Shown here one piece after another: positions 18,779-28,285 of a stretch of 64,000 bases of DNA. The DNA is from Bacteroidota bacterium (GTDB taxonomy: Bacteria; Bacteroidota; Bacteroidia; 2-12-FULL-35-15): assembly GCA_947447995.1 (NCBI GenBank), contig CANFLQ010000004.1, forward strand, positions 2,268-66,267, given 5' to 3'. Position numbers and translations under genes: made by a program. The notes below the pieces were generated by a model. The model was not told the DNA's origin and made no database searches. It saw nothing but the letters and a program-made list of their open reading frames with translations. Within the stretch, counting starts at the first letter, position 1. Each line of letters starts with the position of its first letter.

Positions 18779-20857
18779 TTATATTTGAGGTATTTTAAAA
18801 TAATTGTAAATCTCCATTTGCGCTCTTACTTTGTTTTTACCTAAGTTGTTTCGGTATTCATTTTTTTGTTTGCTATCCAGTATTCTTGCTTTTGTATTGT
18901 CCAACCAAAGGATATTCAAAATTGTTTTAATTTGTTTTTGTATAGTACTATCGTAAATTGGTACTGCAACTTCGGATCGTTGGTCAAAATTGCGTGCCAT
19001 CCAGTCTGCCGAAGTTAAATAATATTTTTCATTTCCGCCATTATGAAATATACACACCCTGCTATGTTCCAAAAATTTGTCAATGATACTAATGGCTTCA
19101 ATGTTTTCACTCAATCCTTTAACGCCTGCTACCAGTGAGCACATACCACGCACAATCAATTTTATTTTTACCCCTGCCATACTTGCTTCGTAAAATTTGT
19201 TGATAATTTCGGTATCCACCAGGTTATTCAGTTTTAAAAAAATAGCGGCAGGTTTCTTATTTTTAGCATTTTTAATTTCTACATCTACTAATTGCAAAAT
19301 TTGTTTACGCATAAAAAATGGCGAAACAATTAAATGTTTGTATGCACCTGTTTTTAGGTTGTTCAGGTAAAACGTAAATACTTTTGCTATTTCTTCAGTT
19401 ATCCTATTATCGGCAGTAAGTAAACCATGATCGGTGTATACACGTGCTGTATCACCATTAAAATTACCTGTACCAATGTATCCGTAATAAATAATTTTTC
19501 TATCTTCTTTACGGGAAATTAAAAATAATTTTGAATGTACTTTTAATCCGGGTACACCGTAAATTATTTTTGCACCTTCTTCTTGTAGCTTGTTAGCCCA
19601 AAAAATATTGGCTTCTTCGTCAAACCGTGCTTGCAATTCAATTACGGCAATTACTTGTTTTCCGTTTTTAATAGCATTTATCAATGCTTTTACAACATTG
19701 GAGTTTTTTGCTACTCTGTATAATGTAATTTGTATGGTTTCAACTTTTGGATCAATGGAGGCTTCACGTAATAAATCAATGATATGATCGTAGGATTGAT
19801 AGGGAAAAGTTAGCAACACATCTTTTTGTTTCAAAATTTTAAAAAAACTGGGTTGATCCTTTGGTCTGGATTGTGAAGTAGGTAATTCGGGATGTTTGAG
19901 TGCAGGTGTTGGCGCATATTTTAAATTGGGACCACCAATATTAGGGAAAGAAATAAAGTCTTTAAAATTATGATAACGTCCTCCAGGAATAAGATTATCT
20001 GCTTTGCGTAATTTTATTTTTCTCATTAACAAAGTAAGCATATCGGTAGCAATTTCACTATCGTATACCAATCGTACTGGCTGACCTTTTTTTCTGGCTT
20101 TTAATCCCTTCGATATTTTTTCAACAAAACTTTTTGAAAGATCGTTGTCCATATCTATCTCTGCATCCCTAGTTAGCTTAATGTTATAGGCTTCTGTGTA
20201 ATCATATTCAAAATTATTAAATACATCATCCAAACAAAAACGAATTACATCGTCCAACAAAATTACGTAGTTCTTATCTTTTTCTTTTGGCAATACAACA
20301 AAGCGGGAAATATTATCGGTAGGCACTTCCAGTATTGAATATTTATTTTTTTTTGCTTTTGAATTGTGTCCTAATTTTACTATCAAATATCCCGATCGGT
20401 CTTTTAAATAGGGGAATTGGGATGAATTATCAAGCATGATTGGGAACAAAGAGGGCATTACATTTTCCCTAAAAAATTGTTTAATAAAAACACTTTGTTT
20501 AACCGAAATTTGTTTTTCGTTAATAATAAAAATATTGTTTTTAGCTAATTCGCCAAGTATATCTTGATAAATAGTATCAAACTGTATTTGTTGATCAATA
20601 ACAACTTTTTGAATTTTATGTAAAAGCTGTTCGGGGGTTTCGCCGATAAATTCAGCGGCTTTTTTAGGAAACTTAACTGCGCGTTTTAAGGCTGCAACAC
20701 GCACTCTAAAAAATTCGTCACGGTTATTAGAAAATATTCCTAAAAATTTTATTCGTTCTATCAGCGGAACGGTTTTATCTTCAGCTTCCTGCAATACTCG
20801 TTCATTAAACGATAACCAGCTTAATTCCCGGTTATTTAAAACACTAATTTTTTTCAT
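18779..20857 (-). CDS. ppk1: polyphosphate kinase 1
   Basis: 692 aa. N-terminal RELSWLSFNERVLQEA.D..VPL.ERIKFLGIFSNNRDEFFRVRV. PLD-like C-domains (VHSKL..). Confidence 0.92.
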   Translation of the reverse strand: MKKISVLNNRELSWLSFNERVLQEAEDKTVPLIERIKFLGIFSNNRDEFFRVRVAALKRAVKFPKKAAEFIGETPEQLLHKIQKVVIDQQIQFDTIYQDILGELAKNNIFIINEKQISVKQSVFIKQFFRENVMPSLFPIMLDNSSQFPYLKDRSGYLIVKLGHNSKAKKNKYSILEVPTDNISRFVVLPKEKDKNYVILLDDVIRFCLDDVFNNFEYDYTEAYNIKLTRDAEIDMDNDLSKSFVEKISKGLKARKKGQPVRLVYDSEIATDMLTLLMRKIKLRKADNLIPGGRYHNFKDFISFPNIGGPNLKYAPTPALKHPELPTSQSRPKDQPSFFKILKQKDVLLTFPYQSYDHIIDLLREASIDPKVETIQITLYRVAKNSNVVKALINAIKNGKQVIAVIELQARFDEEANIFWANKLQEEGAKIIYGVPGLKVHSKLFLISRKEDRKIIYYGYIGTGNFNGDTARVYTDHGLLTADNRITEEIAKVFTFYLNNLKTGAYKHLIVSPFFMRKQILQLVDVEIKNAKNKKPAAIFLKLNNLVDTEIINKFYEASMAGVKIKLIVRGMCSLVAGVKGLSENIEAISIIDKFLEHSRVCIFHNGGNEKYYLTSADWMARNFDQRSEVAVPIYDSTIQKQIKTILNILWLDNTKARILDSKQKNEYRNNLGKNKVRAQMEIYNYFKIPQI

Positions 20858-20939
20858 AGTTCAAAAAAAGAATAATCTATTGAATCAAAATAATTCACGG
20901 TATTGTGTATTAATTTTGAATGGTAAAGGTCGGAAAAAA

Positions 20940-21335
20940 TTAACTTACGTGGGTCATGTCAGGCAACCAATTCACTTTTTCGTGGTTCATTAACCCTCTT
21001 ATTAAGCTTAATAAAAGTTTTGGCCGAATTGGTTTTACAATAAAATATTCTTCGTTAGATACGGATAGGTAATCTTTGGGGTCTATTAGGCTAATAATGC
21101 TTGTGTTTTTTAATTGCTCACCCTTTAAATTAGTATTAAATAATGCCAATGCGTACTCTGTATCAAGTGTATTTAATACTATTAAATCGGGAACAACTTT
21201 CGTTGCTTGATCTAATATATTTTTTACATTGCTTGATTTGAATATCTCAAAACCATTTTCTTTTAGGTTGGTTTCCATGAAATTCATTTCTTTTTCATCG
21301 TCAAATACCAATAAAATACGTTTCATCTTTTTCAT
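20940..21335 (-). CDS. stand-alone pseudo-receiver domain protein (phospho-acceptor Asp replaced by Asn)
   Basis: Receiver-like layout (ILLVFDDE ... VKPI), but the beta3 position reads DLIVLNTLD where canonical receivers have D. Compare DIIVSDIMMP in the neighbouring gene. Confidence 0.7.
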   Translation of the reverse strand: MKKMKRILLVFDDEKEMNFMETNLKENGFEIFKSSNVKNILDQATKVVPDLIVLNTLDTEYALALFNTNLKGEQLKNTSIISLIDPKDYLSVSNEEYFIVKPIRPKLLLSLIRGLMNHEKVNWLPDMTHVS

Positions 21336-21366
21336 TAAATAACAGAATTAAAATATATTTTACCAA

Positions 21367-21750
21367 TTAATTTTCTTTTTCAGCCATCACTCTATTTACT
21401 ATTGCAAGCAAATATTCAAATCGGATAGGTTTTGTAACAAACTCATCGGCTCCCGAAAGCATTGCGTGTAATACTTTATAATCGTCGTTCAAAGCTGTTA
21501 AAAATATAAAAGGGGTTAAATTTGTTCCCGTATTATTTCTAATATATTTACATAATTCAATCCCATTCATGGTGGGCATCATTATGTCCGAAACAATTAT
21601 GTCCGGCATTTCTGTTTGTGCTTTAGTAATACCTTCCAAGCCATTGCTTGCAGTTATCACATTAAATTGTTTTTTACGAAAATTGTAGGATAAAAATTCA
21701 AGTATATCCGGTTCATCGTCTACCAGTAATATTTTTTGTTGTAGTGCCAT
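21367..21750 (-). CDS. single-domain CheY-like response regulator
   Basis: ILLVDDEPDILEF, DIIVSDIMMP, FIFLTA and VTKPI: all canonical receiver residues are present and there is no output domain. Confidence 0.85.
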   Translation of the reverse strand: MALQQKILLVDDEPDILEFLSYNFRKKQFNVITASNGLEGITKAQTEMPDIIVSDIMMPTMNGIELCKYIRNNTGTNLTPFIFLTALNDDYKVLHAMLSGADEFVTKPIRFEYLLAIVNRVMAEKEN

Positions 21751-21850
21751 CGTTTTTTTATTACAAAAGTATTGGCTTTGTTTTTTCTTTATGTTTATTC
21801 ATTGTTACCTTATCGTTAAATACAATTATTTAATTTTAGCTAATTCATTA

Positions 21851-21878
21851 TTTGCGTTTTTATAAAATACTACCTTTG
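21851..21878 (+). promoter_or_regulatory. candidate Bacteroidota sigma-A promoter (-33 TTTG / -7 TACCTTTG)
   Basis: TTTG at 21851-21854 and TACCTTTG at 21871-21878 match the TTTG/TAnnTTTG consensus, ~115 nt upstream of the RR ATG at 21993. Motif match only. Confidence 0.3.
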
Positions 21879-21992
21879 TTTGAGTAATGCCAATTTTAAC
21901 TATTATTACGTACTTAATCATTTGGTAATATTGAATTAACAATGGCTTGACTACTAACAGGTAATTTTATACTAAATTTTAAAACATACACT

Positions 21993-22676
21993 ATGAATAG
22001 TAATTACAAAATTTTGTTGGTAGATGATGAACCAGATATACTTGAATTTCTGAGTTATAATCTAAAGAAGGAGGGGTACACTGTTTTTACTGCTGTTAAT
22101 GGAAAGGAAGGCTTGGCAGTTGCTAAGACTGAAATTCCAAATTTAATTATATTGGATGTAATGATGCCAGATATGGATGGTATTGAAACCTGTAGAGAAA
22201 TACGCGAGATACCTGGATTAAAAAATGTAATGATAGCCTTTTTAACTGCCCGTAACGAGGACTACTCCCAAATAGCAGGCTTTGATGTTGGTGCCGATGA
22301 TTATATTAATAAACCAATTAAACCTCGCGTATTAATTAGTCGTATTAAAGCACTATTGCGTCGTAGCGGAACAACAGAGAGTACATCAACAGATAAAGTG
22401 GATATGGGCGGAATTAAAATTGACCGCGAACGCTATTTAGTAATACAAAATGGGGTTGAAATTAATTTGCCTAAAAAAGAATTTGAATTGCTAGATTTAC
22501 TTGCATCTAAGCCTGGCAAAGTGTTTACACGTGAGGTAATACTTGATAAAGTGTGGGGTGGAGATGTGATTGTTGGTGACAGAACTATTGATGTACACAT
22601 CCGTAAACTGCGTGAAAAATTAGGGGAAGATTTTATTAGAACCGTAAAAGGTATTGGTTATACTTTTGAATTTTAA
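21993..22676 (+). CDS. OmpR/PhoB-family response regulator
   Basis: Canonical receiver (LLVDDEPDILEF, LIILDVMMPDMDG, FLTA, INKPI) plus a winged-helix output domain. Followed by a histidine kinase gene. Confidence 0.9.
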   Translation: MNSNYKILLVDDEPDILEFLSYNLKKEGYTVFTAVNGKEGLAVAKTEIPNLIILDVMMPDMDGIETCREIREIPGLKNVMIAFLTARNEDYSQIAGFDVGADDYINKPIKPRVLISRIKALLRRSGTTESTSTDKVDMGGIKIDRERYLVIQNGVEINLPKKEFELLDLLASKPGKVFTREVILDKVWGGDVIVGDRTIDVHIRKLREKLGEDFIRTVKGIGYTFEF

Positions 22677-22721
22677 CAAATCACTTTAATTCAATTATAT
22701 TAGCAATAAAGTTATAATCAA

Positions 22722-23756
22722 ATGAAAACAATATCCCCTAAAATTTTGTTATTGCTTATAGCCTTTATTATTGCATTACTTATTTCATTTACTTTATTTT
22801 TTACGCATACAACATCGGTCAATCTTCAATTAAATTTAATTTTTGTAGGTTTTATTATTTCTTTAGTCACATCTTTTCTGATACTTTTTTTTGTAAATAT
22901 TTTTGTTTTTAAACGTATTGAACAATTATTGTTTACCGTTAAAAACTTTCGTTCCCAAAGCGATAAAACCATTGCTAAAATTGAAAGCAGCAATGATATT
23001 GATAATTTGGATATGGAAATTTTGGCTTGGGCCGATGATCGTAAAAATGAGATAGAACGATTAAAAAAATTGGAAGTATATCGAAAGGAGTTTTTGGGTA
23101 ATGTTTCCCATGAATTAAAAACGCCTGTATTTAATATTCAGGGTTATGTGCTAACACTTTTAGATGGCGGATTAGAGGATGCGTCTATTAATAGAAATTA
23201 CCTGATGCGTGCCGAAAAAAGTGTAGACAGAATGATTACCATTATTGATGACTTGGAGGCTATATCGCAATTGGAAACAGGTGAACTGCAAATTGAACCC
23301 GAACGCTTTGATGTGGCTACATTAGCAAAAGATGTGGTAGATGCCCAGGAAATGAAAGCTACAGCAAAGGGAATCATCCTTACTTTTCCAGAGGATTTGA
23401 AGCCAATTTTTGTTTTAGCAGATAGGTTCAGAATACGACAAGTATTTGTAAATTTAATAGTGAATTCTGTTAAATACGGTAAGGAATATGGCGAAACTAA
23501 AATCAGTTTTTATGATTCAGGTGAAAATATAACTGTTGAAATAGCAGATAACGGAATAGGAATTTCTGAAGAGCATTTACCGCGCTTGTTTGAACGTTTT
23601 TATCGTGTTGATAAAAGCCGATCGCGCGATCAAGGCGGAACAGGTTTGGGTTTAGCTATTGTAAAACATATTATTGAAGCCCATAATCAAACCATCAGAG
23701 TAAATAGTACAGAAGATTTAGGTACTACGTTTTCATTTACGCTGAAAAAGGGGTAG
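22722..23756 (+). CDS. two-component sensor histidine kinase
   Basis: Two N-terminal TM segments. H-box FLGNVSHELKTP. N, G1 and G2 boxes (VNLIVNSVKY, DNGIGI, GGTGLGLAIVK). Confidence 0.9.
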   Translation: MKTISPKILLLLIAFIIALLISFTLFFTHTTSVNLQLNLIFVGFIISLVTSFLILFFVNIFVFKRIEQLLFTVKNFRSQSDKTIAKIESSNDIDNLDMEILAWADDRKNEIERLKKLEVYRKEFLGNVSHELKTPVFNIQGYVLTLLDGGLEDASINRNYLMRAEKSVDRMITIIDDLEAISQLETGELQIEPERFDVATLAKDVVDAQEMKATAKGIILTFPEDLKPIFVLADRFRIRQVFVNLIVNSVKYGKEYGETKISFYDSGENITVEIADNGIGISEEHLPRLFERFYRVDKSRSRDQGGTGLGLAIVKHIIEAHNQTIRVNSTEDLGTTFSFTLKKG

Positions 23757-23775
23757 ATACTTCGATAAAATAAAA

Positions 23776-23893
23776 CACTGAGACACTAAGACCACTCAGA
23801 TACACTTAGAAATTCTGATTCAAAAATATAAATCTGTATAATACTTAGTATATTTAATTTTAGTGAACCTTAGTGTTCTGAGTGTCTTAGTGG
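23776..23893. repeat. imperfect long inverted repeat built from CACTNAG-type units
   Basis: Left arm CACTGAGACACTAAGACCACTCAGATACACTTAG (23776-23809). Right arm TTAGTGAACCTTAGTGTTCTGAGTGTCTTAGTGG (23860-23893), which overlaps the stop of the glycosyltransferase gene. Confidence 0.5.
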
Positions 23894-24960
23894 TAAAATA
23901 AAGCCTCAATTCTCTTTTCAAGCACATCCTCATTTTCAAAACCATTAAAACCTTTATATTTTTCAATTTCTTTTAAAGCAATTGCTAAATCTAATGTTGA
24001 TTGTTGTTGACTGAAAGCAATTTTTTTTTTCATCAAACTTTTGGCTAAATATTTCTGTTCTGTTTGACCAGGAGTAGCAATAAAAATAGCTTTTTTGCCA
24101 AGTATTGCCAAATCCATTATTGTTGAATAGCCAGATCGCGATATAATAATGTTAGATTGAAGTATAGCTTGCTGCATTTCATCGGCATTCAAATGCGATA
24201 CTATTTCAATAGTATTTAGTGTTTCCTTTTTTTGTGAAATTTCTGTTTTTCCACAAACTATTAAGGCCTTTATTTTGCTTTGCTGTAGTTGTTTAATTAA
24301 CAATTTTTCAAAAACACTTCGTTGCGGTTCAGGTCCAGATACCATTGCCATTACATCATAAGTAATAGCCGTAATAGTAGGAGTTTCTTTTTTTTGAAAT
24401 CTAGATAAAACACCAATAAAAAAAGCATTGTTTGGTAATGGATAGCTGTGTGATAAGTCTCCAGACAAGTTATTTGATCCTTCTATATCTGGTATCCAGC
24501 ATTCATCATACTTTTTTATGAAGTATACATTTATTTTATGTAATAGTTTTTCAACACCTGGCAACTTTATCATCAGTTGATGTGTAATAAATACGCTCTT
24601 TACACGCTTATTCCACAGCCCAAATCTATTATCTGAAATAACAATATCAATCTTTTTTTCTTCAATAATTTTTTTAAGAATCCGATGTTCTCGCCAAATG
24701 CTATTTACTATTTTTGGAATGGAGAATATTATTTTAAAAATCAAAAAATTTTTGGTGGAGTATCTGATATCAACTCCTTGCAAGGGAATATATTCCAAAT
24801 CAGGAAACTCATTTTGCAAAAGTGCCAATGCTCTGCCTTCGGCCGAAATAATTACCGTTGCGTTTTTTTTTAACAACAAATTAATAATTGGAATGCACCG
24901 TGTAGCATGCCCCAAGCCCCAGTTAAGCGGACAAATAAGTATTCGTTTTTGTGTAAGCAT
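23887..24960 (-). CDS. glycosyltransferase family protein (MurG-like/GT28-related fold, Glyco_trans_1_3 type)
   Basis: N-terminal ILICPLNWGLGHATRCIPIINLL resembles the G-rich acceptor-domain loop of the MJ1255-like glycosyltransferase family. ~357 aa. Confidence 0.7.
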   Translation of the reverse strand: MLTQKRILICPLNWGLGHATRCIPIINLLLKKNATVIISAEGRALALLQNEFPDLEYIPLQGVDIRYSTKNFLIFKIIFSIPKIVNSIWREHRILKKIIEEKKIDIVISDNRFGLWNKRVKSVFITHQLMIKLPGVEKLLHKINVYFIKKYDECWIPDIEGSNNLSGDLSHSYPLPNNAFFIGVLSRFQKKETPTITAITYDVMAMVSGPEPQRSVFEKLLIKQLQQSKIKALIVCGKTEISQKKETLNTIEIVSHLNADEMQQAILQSNIIISRSGYSTIMDLAILGKKAIFIATPGQTEQKYLAKSLMKKKIAFSQQQSTLDLAIALKEIEKYKGFNGFENEDVLEKRIEALFYH

Positions 24961-25032
24961 TTTGTAAGTTCAAAGTTAGGAAGTAATTTATATTACCAAT
25001 TGCTGTTTTATCAATTTTCAGCATAAACTTTA

Positions 25033-25040
25033 TAACTTTG
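25033..25040 (+). promoter_or_regulatory. candidate -7 box TAACTTTG upstream of trmB
   Basis: Matches TAnnTTTG, 50 nt upstream of ATG 25090. It is embedded in the AACTTTGAACTT repeat arm. Motif match only. Confidence 0.3.
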
Positions 25041-25089
25041 AACTTTATATCCCGATAGCTATTGGGATTAAACGTTCAAACTAAAATTT

Positions 25090-25761
25090 ATGGCTAAACG
25101 AAAATTAAAAAAATTTGCAGAGGTGCGTTCATTCGATAATTGTTTTTTCTTGTCGTTTGAACAATCGCAGGCAGAAGGCTTACCTTTAAAAGGGAATTGG
25201 CATAAAAATTATTTTAAAAACAATAATCCTATTGTTTTGGAATTAGGTTGCGGTAAAGGCGAATACACTGTAGGCTTGGCAAAGCGGTATCCCAATAAAA
25301 ATTTTATTGGGGTAGATATTAAAGGTAATCGTATTTGGACAGGTGCTAAAACTGCTATTGAGGATAAAATGAATAATGTTGCTTTTATCCGTACTCGTAT
25401 CGATAATATAGAAGCATGTTTTGGTGATGGAGAAATAAATGAAATTTGGATTACTTTTCCCGATCCTCAACCTCAATTGTCGCGTATCAGAAACCGCCTT
25501 ACCAATATGAAATTTATTAATAAATACAAGCAAATATTGGGTAATGGGGGCATTATTAATTTAAAAACGGATAGTGCATCTTTTTATGAATATACAGGCG
25601 AAGTAGTTGCCGAAAATAAATTGGAATTATTGGATGCTACCAATGATTTGTATGCAGATACTACTTTGCGTGACGAAGCGTTAACAACTATAAAGACCTA
25701 TTATGAAAAAAAATTTTCGGATCTAGGATTTAAAATTTGTTATTTAAAATTTAGAGTTTAG
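25090..25761 (+). CDS. trmB: tRNA (guanine-N7)-methyltransferase
   Basis: LELGCGKGEYTVGLA SAM-binding motif, IGVDIKG, and FPDPQP, which is characteristic of TrmB. Confidence 0.88.
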   Translation: MAKRKLKKFAEVRSFDNCFFLSFEQSQAEGLPLKGNWHKNYFKNNNPIVLELGCGKGEYTVGLAKRYPNKNFIGVDIKGNRIWTGAKTAIEDKMNNVAFIRTRIDNIEACFGDGEINEIWITFPDPQPQLSRIRNRLTNMKFINKYKQILGNGGIINLKTDSASFYEYTGEVVAENKLELLDATNDLYADTTLRDEALTTIKTYYEKKFSDLGFKICYLKFRV

Positions 25762-25763
25762 CA

Positions 25764-26102
25764 ATGAAAAAAGGGGACGATTTTTTTCAAAATGTATTTG
25801 ATGTTGTTCGGCTTATTCCAAAAGGAAGGGTAACCAGTTACGGTGCCATTGCAAAGTATTTGGGTACAGCCCAATCATCTAGGATGGTAGGTTGGGCAAT
25901 GAATGCAGCGCATGGGCAAAAGCAGTACGTTCCCGCACATAGGGTAGTAAACCGTAATGGAGAGCTTACAGGTAAACATCATTTTGCTACCCCTTTTTTG
26001 ATGCAGGAATTATTGGAGAAAGAAGGCGTAAAAGTTATAAAAGATAAGATTAAAAATTTAGATACCATTTATTGGGATCCAATGAATGAGTTGAATCTTT
26101 AA
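25764..26102 (+). CDS. MGMT-family alkyltransferase-like (ATL) protein lacking the active-site Cys
   Basis: V..IPKGRVTSYG.IA helix-turn-helix region. The motif reads VPAHRVV where active MGMT has PCHRV. Confidence 0.8.
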   Translation: MKKGDDFFQNVFDVVRLIPKGRVTSYGAIAKYLGTAQSSRMVGWAMNAAHGQKQYVPAHRVVNRNGELTGKHHFATPFLMQELLEKEGVKVIKDKIKNLDTIYWDPMNELNL

Positions 26103-27485
26103 TTATTTTGCCGCCTTTTTTAAAGAGTTAACTGCCCTAGCGGGTAAAATTTTACATTTGGTACTCCAAGCGCAAGTGGCATCTTTTTCTAATACACTTA
26201 TAAAGTTATTGGTAAGCATCATCTGAGCAGTATTTAAACAAACTGTTTTTAAAGTTGCATTTTTTTGACACCATAAATAAAGTAACGCTTTATTTGCCCT
26301 TAAATCTAACCAACCTAATTTGTTATTAAGGCAGCTTAAACTAACAAGCGCTTCACTGTTACTTATATCGATAGATGATAATTGATTGTTATAACACCAT
26401 ACACCTGTTAACTTTTTATTATTATTTAAGTTTAATGTGGTAAGTTGTCCGTTGTCGCACCACAACTCAACTAAATCAACATTTGTACTAAGATCCAATG
26501 CAGATAGAAGATTTTTGGAACACCCCAATTCTTTTAAGCCAATGTTATTGGTTACAACCAAATCTGTTAATTGATTGTTGTTACAATATAATGCTGTTAA
26601 ACCTTTATTTGAATTTATATTTAATACTGTAAGTTTGTTGTCGGAACAAGATAGCCGCATTAAGCCCGTTGTTCCTATTAAATTCAATGTTGTTAATTGA
26701 TTATTATGACACCAAAGATCAGCCAAAACTTCATTTGTACTTACTTCCAATTCAGTTATTTGGTTATTATTACAATATAAAATGGTTAATAAAGTATTGG
26801 CATTAGTATGGAGTGTTGTAAGTTTATTTCGGGAGCAATCTAATTCACTAAGAGCGTTGTTAAAGTTAAGGTTTAAGTTAGTTAGCTGATTACGTGAACA
26901 GATAAGTCGACCCAAATCACCATTTGTGCTTAAATCTAGTTCCTTAATTTTATTTCCATTGCAATCTAAATCGGTTAGTTTAAAATTAGCACTTAGGTTT
27001 AAAGCGTTTATAAAATTGTTGGCACAATGTAAGTATGTTAAAGCACTATCTTTTGTTAAATTTAGGTAGGATAGTTGATTGAATTCACAATCCAGATTGG
27101 TTAAATTAATATTTTTATTTACTTCAAGAACCGAAATTTTGTTGTTGGAGCAAATTAGCCAATTTAATTTTAAATTGTTGTAGGTATTTAAGTTGCTAAG
27201 TAAGTTATTGCTACAGTTTAGGAAGCTAAGCTCTGTAAAGGCTTCAATGCCTGTTAAATCCTTTATTTCAAGTAAACTTACATTAAGTGTTGTAATTTGT
27301 TGGGCTTCTTGTTCCGATATCAGACTATCACGATTGCTGTTGATAGTAGTGCTATTTAATAAATATTTTTTAAAATTAGCATCGGGTATGTGCACATACC
27401 TTGGAGTGGTAAATAAAACAGATGCTTGCAATGAATAACTAACAGTAAAAAATACAAAATAAAAGAATAGTAAAAGTTTTTTCAT
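26103..27485 (-). CDS. secreted leucine-rich-repeat protein (~16 tandem 22-23-aa LRRs)
   Basis: Repeats of the form L(T/S).L.C..N.L..L.L..N..L. I chose the start at ATG 27485 (MKKLLLFFYFVFF.. signal peptide); the track ORF extends to 27515. Confidence 0.8.
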   Translation of the reverse strand: MKKLLLFFYFVFFTVSYSLQASVLFTTPRYVHIPDANFKKYLLNSTTINSNRDSLISEQEAQQITTLNVSLLEIKDLTGIEAFTELSFLNCSNNLLSNLNTYNNLKLNWLICSNNKISVLEVNKNINLTNLDCEFNQLSYLNLTKDSALTYLHCANNFINALNLSANFKLTDLDCNGNKIKELDLSTNGDLGRLICSRNQLTNLNLNFNNALSELDCSRNKLTTLHTNANTLLTILYCNNNQITELEVSTNEVLADLWCHNNQLTTLNLIGTTGLMRLSCSDNKLTVLNINSNKGLTALYCNNNQLTDLVVTNNIGLKELGCSKNLLSALDLSTNVDLVELWCDNGQLTTLNLNNNKKLTGVWCYNNQLSSIDISNSEALVSLSCLNNKLGWLDLRANKALLYLWCQKNATLKTVCLNTAQMMLTNNFISVLEKDATCAWSTKCKILPARAVNSLKKAAK

Positions 27486-27637
27486 GTACAAAATATTAAG
27501 TGAAAAACACTTCATTATTAATCAAGCTACTACATTTGCATTGAAAAAAAATAGTTACAATTCAATGTTATAAATTTATACAAAAAATATAAAATACCAA
27601 GTAGTTGGGGTGTTTGAATTAATAAATGGTTGTATAA

Positions 27638-28129
27638 TTAGTTATTAATTTTACCGTCAATAATATCCTGTATCATACCCTTGTAAGTTGCTCTATCAAT
27701 TATATTTTCATTGTTTTCCCCCACTTTTTCCATTAAGATGATGTTTGCAAATTCCGAAACAATTGTTTTAGGATAAGTACCATATTTTTCTCGGGAAGCC
27801 ACCATTAAATCTATAAAATCGTTTTGATAACAAATTGTTATTTGAGGATGTTCATGCACCCATTTCGGAAAAAAAATAACACCGTGTGATTTTTTTTCTT
27901 TGATCATAAAATTAACTACTACATCAGTACCAGTTGGTTCTGTCCACCACACTTTATATACCCCATCTGTTAATTTAACAATATCCACTTTTTGATTTCT
28001 TACCCATCTGCCACCAACCATTCCACTATGGATGCGATAATCAATAGTAGTATTATTTTTTATATACATTTCATATTCCCAACCATTATCATATTGATAA
28101 ATAAAACGAGTTCCTACAAAATTTTCCAT
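27638..28129 (-). CDS. padC: phenolic acid decarboxylase
   Basis: Long runs match PadC as I remember it from Bacillus and Lactobacillus: [78 protein letters not shown]. Confidence 0.9.
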   Translation of the reverse strand: MENFVGTRFIYQYDNGWEYEMYIKNNTTIDYRIHSGMVGGRWVRNQKVDIVKLTDGVYKVWWTEPTGTDVVVNFMIKEKKSHGVIFFPKWVHEHPQITICYQNDFIDLMVASREKYGTYPKTIVSEFANIILMEKVGENNENIIDRATYKGMIQDIIDGKINN

Positions 28130-28285
28130 ATTTTTTAATGTAATATTATTAGCTGTTAGTTTGCGTCATTTTTTATTAATTGCTCAATTCAAATATACAC
28201 TTTAATTTATTTAATAAAGCTTATAAATTTATGTTAATATTGTTATTTTAAACGTGTTATTTAAAAATTTAATTGAAGCCTAACT

